This document shows, one piece after another, positions 58,439 through 64,000 of a DNA stretch of 64,000 nt. The notes under the pieces are model-generated. The model ran no database searches, had not been told where the DNA came from, and saw nothing but the letters and a program-made list of their open reading frames with translations. Position numbers and translations under genes: made by a program. Location: NCBI GenBank assembly GCA_963662405.2, contig CAXXKT010000001.1:1472001-1536000 (forward strand). The letters are read 5' to 3'. The first letter of the stretch is position 1. Each line of letters begins with the position of its first letter. This stretch comes from Syntrophales bacterium. GTDB taxonomy: Bacteria; Desulfobacterota; Syntrophia; Syntrophales; UBA2210.

Positions 58439-59371
58439 TCAGGCGGCCGGACAGGTTTCCGCAAGCAGTCTCACGCCGTTTGTGTACAATACCTTATCAT
58501 AAAAATCATCCGAAAGATCAAGGCTTAAAAGATGGTCGATCTCTTCCTCCCGGGGGAGTATCACATTGGGAAAATCCGACCCGTAGAGGATGCGAGATTT
58601 ATGTCGCTCCAGATATTCCGGTCCGAGGTTGAAGGTGAAGGGGAGTCCGGGCCAGAAACTGTAGGCGGTGTCGAGGTAGATCCCGGGATGATCGTCCAGG
58701 AGGTCCATGAACTGTCTGAACTCGAGCCCTCCCATATGAGGGACGGTGGCGGGGAGGTCCGGGAACCGATCGAGGACCTTCCTGAAGTGGACGAGCCCCA
58801 CGAATTCATTCCCCTGCGGGCCATTCCCGACGTGGAGGAGGAGGCGTTTTTTCTTTTCCATGATCAGCTCATAGAGGGGGAAAAGCCGCCGATCGTGGGG
58901 ATACAGCCGCTGGACCTGGAAGTGTATCTTGATCCCGACGACACGGGGATGAGCCACCATCCGTTCGGCGTACGCGAGGGCGTTGCCGTCGTCGGGATGA
59001 TAAGGGGCGAAACAGTACAGATCGGGGAATTGTTCGAGGAGTTCGATATTCCATTCGTTCATCGGTTCCGCGACACCTTTTCTGTGGGCATAGTTGGAAA
59101 AGACGATGGGGGAGACGCCGCGCTCGTGGAGGTACTCGATGCACTCCCCGCTGTAGTATCGGTGGAGGACCTCCGTCCCCGCCGCAGCGAAGAATGACCA
59201 GATGGCGTCAAACCCCCTATCCGGAAAGAGATGGACATGAAAATCCACAATTCTGGAAGGGAGTGAGGCTCTGAACTCTTTCGTCACGGCGCTCGCCGGG
59301 CGACCTTTTGCCCATCCCCTGATCGCCGCACGGAACGTCTCATCTGTATCGCTCAATCCCAGCACCCACAT
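58439..59371 (-). CDS. Amidohydrolase_2 family metallohydrolase
   Basis: DFHVH, GIKIH, PHMGG and YGSDFP motifs. Confidence 0.85.
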   Translation of the reverse strand: MWVLGLSDTDETFRAAIRGWAKGRPASAVTKEFRASLPSRIVDFHVHLFPDRGFDAIWSFFAAAGTEVLHRYYSGECIEYLHERGVSPIVFSNYAHRKGVAEPMNEWNIELLEQFPDLYCFAPYHPDDGNALAYAERMVAHPRVVGIKIHFQVQRLYPHDRRLFPLYELIMEKKKRLLLHVGNGPQGNEFVGLVHFRKVLDRFPDLPATVPHMGGLEFRQFMDLLDDHPGIYLDTAYSFWPGLPFTFNLGPEYLERHKSRILYGSDFPNVILPREEEIDHLLSLDLSDDFYDKVLYTNGVRLLAETCPAA

Positions 59372-59421
59372 TCAGCAGACGGAAACGACACGACAGGGAA
59401 GCGTGTCCTCTGCCGCGCGAT

Positions 59422-60639
59422 TTAGCCCGCCATCTTGGTGAGATCCCACATGGGGAGAAAGATGGCCATGGCGAAAAAACCGACCACTGCCGCGAGAGAG
59501 ATGATCAGGATCGGTCCGATCGACTCCGATAACCCCTTGACGGCATATGCAACTTCATCGTCATAGTGCGTCGCAATTCCCCGAAGCATCTCTTCGAGCT
59601 GTCCGGATTCTTCACCGATCGCGACCATATCGACGACCATCGGGGGAAAGTAGCGCGATGATCTCAGCGGACCGGAAATCCCCTTTCCTTCCTGAATCTG
59701 ATCCTTCAGACCGGAAAATTCCCTGCTGATGGCGGCATTTCCGATGGTTCCGACAAGGATATCGAGGGCACTCAGGACCGTTACACCACTCGCCTGGAGG
59801 ATCGAAAAGATGCTCGCGAACCGGGACATGGCGGCCTTGACCAGGAGCGTGCCGATCAGGGGAATCCGCAAAATGAAACGGTCCCGTACATACCGACCAT
59901 GCTCCGTTTTGAACCAATACCGCAGCCCGAGAATGACCACGAAGAGCCCTCCCACGAGCAGATACGCGTATTCGGAGAGCATACGGTATAGGTACAAACA
60001 GATCAGAGTCGGGATGGGAAGATCCAGACCGGCCTTGGTAAAGATCGACACGAATCGGGGTATGACAAAGGTGAGGAGAACGAAAAAAGCGACGCCAAGG
60101 GTGATGAAAACCATCATCGGATACTGCAGGGCCGATTTGATGTCCGACCGTACCTTGTTTTCGTGTTCCAGGAGATAGACCAGGCGTTCAAGAACATCGG
60201 AGAGGGCCCCACTGGATTCTCCCGCTTCTATCATGCTGACATAAAGAGAGGGGAATATGCCGGGATGTTGAGCGAATGCTTCGTGCAGGGCCGACCCCTC
60301 TTTTATTTCCGATGATATGGTCGCTATGGATTTCTTGAGTTTCAGATTCTGCGTCTGATGCTCCAGTATCTCGAGCACCTTGAGAATCGGGAGACCGGCG
60401 ATGAGCATGGTTCTGAACTGCTTGGTAAAGAGGATCAATTCCTTCATCGTGACCGATGTCAGATCCGCTTGTATCCGAGAGAGAAAGCTGCCGGATCGAC
60501 CGTCTCCTTCGGCCACGGAGGACGGAATGAGCCCCTGTTCACTCAAAAGATACTGCGCCGTCTCAATCGATTGCGCCTCGATCGTCCCGGAAATCTCGAT
60601 CCCTCTCTGATTGATCGCTTTATAAAGAAAGGTCGGCAT
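59422..60639 (-). CDS. T2SS/type IV pilus inner-membrane platform protein (GspF/PilC/MshG)
   Basis: AGESSG.L, ALQYP and IGEESGQL motifs. Confidence 0.92.
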   Translation of the reverse strand: MPTFLYKAINQRGIEISGTIEAQSIETAQYLLSEQGLIPSSVAEGDGRSGSFLSRIQADLTSVTMKELILFTKQFRTMLIAGLPILKVLEILEHQTQNLKLKKSIATISSEIKEGSALHEAFAQHPGIFPSLYVSMIEAGESSGALSDVLERLVYLLEHENKVRSDIKSALQYPMMVFITLGVAFFVLLTFVIPRFVSIFTKAGLDLPIPTLICLYLYRMLSEYAYLLVGGLFVVILGLRYWFKTEHGRYVRDRFILRIPLIGTLLVKAAMSRFASIFSILQASGVTVLSALDILVGTIGNAAISREFSGLKDQIQEGKGISGPLRSSRYFPPMVVDMVAIGEESGQLEEMLRGIATHYDDEVAYAVKGLSESIGPILIISLAAVVGFFAMAIFLPMWDLTKMAG

Positions 60640-60641
60640 TA

Positions 60642-62351
60642 TTACAGCACCATGACCGTCGAGGCTGCCTCTTCGAGGGTCGTTATTCCCCTGACGACCC
60701 GGTCCGCAGCGTCATCCTTCAGTGTTGTCAGTTTTCCCGCTGCCTGCGCCCGTCGTGTAATTTCCTGTGTGGTGTTTCCCTTGAGAATCATCTCTTGGAT
60801 CTCCTCATCGACCTGTAAGACCTCGAAGAGACCCGTGCGCCCTTTATACCCGGTATTCATGCACTGGGGACACCCCCTCCCACGCTGAAAGTCGGCCCCT
60901 TCGACCTTGTCGAGGCCCCAGGCCCTGAGGGCATCAATCGGCGGTGTGTAGGGCTCCTTGCAGTACGGACAGATCGTTCGCACCAAGCGTTGGGCGAATG
61001 ATACCAGGAGGACCGAAGAAATCAGGAACGGCTCCACCCCCATCTCCATAAATCGGGTGATGGTCCCTGCCGCGTCATTGGTATGGAGGGTACTCAGGAC
61101 CCGGTGTCCGGTCAGGGCAGCCTGCACGGCGAGTCCCGCGGTTTCACTGTCCCTGACCTCCCCCACCAAGATCACATCGGGGTCCTGACGGAGTATCGAT
61201 CTGAGTCCGCTCGCGAAGGTCATCCCCGCCTTGCGGTTCAGTTGAACCTGCCGTATGTGCTCCACCCGATATTCGACAGGATCTTCCAGCGTAATGATGT
61301 TGATATCAGGTGTATTGAGTTCCCGAAGGATAGCATACAAACTGGTGCTTTTACCGCTTCCCGTCGGTCCGGCGCTGAGTATCATGCCATAGGGCTTGAC
61401 GATGGCCGATTCTATTTTTTGTCTGTCCAGAACGGACATGCCCAGCTGCTCAAGGGAATAGACGCCGGAACTCATGTCGAGGAGACGAAGCACGACGTTT
61501 TCCCCATAGATGGTGGGAAGTGATGATGCCCTGACGTTGATCTCTCGCTTGTCCATCCTGACCGTGAAGCGCCCGTCCTGGGGTACCCGTGATACGGAGA
61601 TATCCATATTGGACAGGATCTTGATCCGCGAAACGATCGGGAGCATCAGGGCCTTCGGGGGAGAGGGAACCTCATGCAGTTTTCCATCGACACGGAACCG
61701 CAACTGCGCCTTTTCCGCCTCAGGGCTGATATGGATATCGCTCGCTCCTTCCCGGACGGCTTGGGCGATGATGGAATTCACGATCCTGACGACGGGGGCC
61801 TCCTCGGCCATACCTTGAAGCGAACTGACATGGACATCGACATCCTCTGTTGCGGTATCTTTCTGAACGGCGAGCGGGACATCTTCAACTCCTTCCAGGA
61901 CCTGTTGCAGTCCCCCCGCCTGGGTGCCGTAGGTGAGTGTGATCAGCTGGTTTATCTCTTTTTCGGAACAGACGACGGGCAAGACCTCCATGTTGGTAAA
62001 CACTTCCGTGGAGTCAATGGCATTGATATCCATGGGGTCCGCCATGGCAACCGTGAGGAGCCGCATCTTCTTCCTGAGGGGAACGATCTGATATTTCTGG
62101 ACCATCTCGTAGGGAATCAGTTCCGAGAGACCCTGGTCTAGCGGATATTCCTTGGAATCATATTTTTCAATCTTCAGTTGCCTGCTGATCTGATCGATTA
62201 CCTGTTCTTCCCGTACGATCCCTTGACGGACCAGGTATTGTCCAAGCTTCAGGCCTGTTCCCTTTTGAGCGGCCAAGGCCTTTTGCAGTTGATCATCGGT
62301 CAAAAGACCCGCATCGACCAGCATTTCCCCAAGTTTTTTACGTATATTCAC
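60642..62351 (-). CDS. GspE/PilB/MshE assembly ATPase with N-terminal MshEN domain
   Basis: ASDIH, GPTGSGKS, LRQDPD and TGH; tandem KLG..L...G motifs. Confidence 0.93.
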   Translation of the reverse strand: MNIRKKLGEMLVDAGLLTDDQLQKALAAQKGTGLKLGQYLVRQGIVREEQVIDQISRQLKIEKYDSKEYPLDQGLSELIPYEMVQKYQIVPLRKKMRLLTVAMADPMDINAIDSTEVFTNMEVLPVVCSEKEINQLITLTYGTQAGGLQQVLEGVEDVPLAVQKDTATEDVDVHVSSLQGMAEEAPVVRIVNSIIAQAVREGASDIHISPEAEKAQLRFRVDGKLHEVPSPPKALMLPIVSRIKILSNMDISVSRVPQDGRFTVRMDKREINVRASSLPTIYGENVVLRLLDMSSGVYSLEQLGMSVLDRQKIESAIVKPYGMILSAGPTGSGKSTSLYAILRELNTPDINIITLEDPVEYRVEHIRQVQLNRKAGMTFASGLRSILRQDPDVILVGEVRDSETAGLAVQAALTGHRVLSTLHTNDAAGTITRFMEMGVEPFLISSVLLVSFAQRLVRTICPYCKEPYTPPIDALRAWGLDKVEGADFQRGRGCPQCMNTGYKGRTGLFEVLQVDEEIQEMILKGNTTQEITRRAQAAGKLTTLKDDAADRVVRGITTLEEAASTVMVL

Positions 62352-62401
62352 CTGCAGACCCTTTCAATGCAACGGCATGCTCTCGCCACGGTTTCCCCCT
62401 T

Positions 62402-63997
62402 TCATGATACCCGTTCCACTCGTTTACGAACGAATACCACCTGGGAGAAAAAGATCGTGTCACCTTTCCAGCTGTGAATGATGCGTGCTTCCGAAGCGAT
62501 AGGCGACGGCAATCGGTCAATCGCGTTTTGTGCTTCGTTGCCATCGGTAAAACGTCTCTTTAGAATGATATCGAATTGAAGCCCTTTGCCTTCGTTCCAG
62601 TGTGGAAATAGCTGTATCGGAGCGACTTTGGTCAGATAGCTGCGGTACACGGCGTAGGCATCCTCAAGGTTGTCGCGTTGTGCAAGGGCTATCAAACACG
62701 TTCCTTCGAGAAGGGGAGGACCATCCACGGCGGTCGCCGGAAGCTTGAGCATGGTCCCCGGCTCGATCCTGTTCGGATCATGGATGTGAGGATTGGCCTT
62801 CCAGACCGATGCTATACGATTGCCGGTGCATTGAGCCCCGTACAATCCCCTGATCACCTTGCAGATGGTCTCGTCCTTCTTGACGATGAGCCACCCCAGC
62901 GACTCGGGGCGGGCCGGTACCGGTTGGGTCCGCGCCTCTTCGGCAGGAACACTTTTTTGAAGGGTAAGCCTTACGGAGGGGGGGACGGCTGTTCTCTCGG
63001 ATTCAACCGGTACGGCAACGGCAGCCGCATCCCCCGGCTGAAGGGCGACGCCTCGTATCGGTTGTGTCGAGTTCTCCGGAAACAGGAGATTGTAGCCAAC
63101 GTCCAGGCCAACCACGGTAATCAAAAGCCCTCCGAGAACGGCAACCAGGGGAATCTTCCACGACCTCCGGGGGATTTCGCGTCCGCGGGCGCAGGTCCTG
63201 ACCAGAAATGCACCGGCCTTTGATTGATTTCGTATGATCAGCGCGAGAATAATCCGGTGGCACAACCCGATGATCTTGCGGGGATATCCTCTCGTAGCTC
63301 GATATATCTCCCAGAGGGCCGGGAGGGTGAATCGAATCTCTTTCCCCGTCCCTCTTTCCCTGGTCGTATCCAGACGGAACTGCACCATCCCCCGCGTATC
63401 GGCAAAGCCCAAAGGGTGCAGTTCATACAAGAAGTTGACCCGATCCGCGAATGCCCGGTGAGCTTCAAGGATCGGATAAAACTCCTTCTGCGCGAATATA
63501 ATGATCTGGAGCAGTTTGTGCTCATTTGTCTCATAATTGAGAAATTCTCTCAGGATCTCCAGGCAGAAATCCTGAATCTTCTGCCCCTCGTCGATAATCA
63601 AAACCAGATTTTTTCTCTCGCCTACGCCTTTATCAAAAAGATGATTTTTGATCTTCTCTTTCAAGTGCCATTCCGTCAGGTCCGGGGCGATGCCCTTGAT
63701 CCCCAGGATCTCCGCGACGGCACGGAGAAAATCGATCGATCTGCTGAACGAGGGGTCGAGAATCAGGTATGTCTCGATGTCCGTATCGTCGGCGAGTCCA
63801 CGTATAATCCGCCGGCAGATGGTGGTTTTACCCGCTCCCACATCCCCGATGACAACATTCAACCCGCGGAGCAGACGAACCGAAAGTTCCAGTTTCTGCA
63901 GACACTCCACATGCTGGGGAGACCGGTAAAACAAGTCAGGTTCGGGAGAGTTCGAAAAGGGTTCCCTGCCGAAGTCTAACAGCCTGAAATAGTCCAT
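62402..63997 (-). CDS. ExeA/MshM-like AAA ATPase with a TM helix and a LysM-like periplasmic region
   Basis: PFSNSP, GDVGAGKT, IIDEGQ and ANPHIHDPNRIEPG; start lies at the window edge. Confidence 0.82.
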   Translation of the reverse strand: MDYFRLLDFGREPFSNSPEPDLFYRSPQHVECLQKLELSVRLLRGLNVVIGDVGAGKTTICRRIIRGLADDTDIETYLILDPSFSRSIDFLRAVAEILGIKGIAPDLTEWHLKEKIKNHLFDKGVGERKNLVLIIDEGQKIQDFCLEILREFLNYETNEHKLLQIIIFAQKEFYPILEAHRAFADRVNFLYELHPLGFADTRGMVQFRLDTTRERGTGKEIRFTLPALWEIYRATRGYPRKIIGLCHRIILALIIRNQSKAGAFLVRTCARGREIPRRSWKIPLVAVLGGLLITVVGLDVGYNLLFPENSTQPIRGVALQPGDAAAVAVPVESERTAVPPSVRLTLQKSVPAEEARTQPVPARPESLGWLIVKKDETICKVIRGLYGAQCTGNRIASVWKANPHIHDPNRIEPGTMLKLPATAVDGPPLLEGTCLIALAQRDNLEDAYAVYRSYLTKVAPIQLFPHWNEGKGLQFDIILKRRFTDGNEAQNAIDRLPSPIASEARIIHSWKGDTIFFSQVVFVRKRVERVS

Positions 63998-64000
63998 GTC

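Overview
64 kb of bacterial chromosome. Gene content points to an anaerobic, fatty-acid-oxidising deltaproteobacterium, probably Syntrophales-like (inference, not a database result). Left third: a sensor kinase, a serine-recombinase-fold protein lacking its catalytic motif, and a beta-oxidation/energy cluster (CoA transferase, CoA ligases, thiolase, hbd, acyl-CoA dehydrogenase, gpmI, etfBA plus a membrane Fe-S oxidoreductase, acs). It is followed by the conserved rpmH-rnpA-yidD-yidC-jag-mnmE operon with no adjacent dnaA. After mnmE the window is mostly accessory. It holds ectABC, a hybrid kinase, and a sigma54-controlled catabolic island with one complete and one internally deleted glycyl-radical enzyme plus an activase. 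Next come an IS110 element whose non-coding end carries matches to its own donor junction and target site (bridge-RNA-like), and tandem surface-protein cassettes sharing a duplicated structured leader with an internal terminator and a constant N-terminal domain. The right end has redox and detoxification genes and the 3' part of an MSHA/T2SS-like operon. All calls come from reading motifs by eye; no searches were run.
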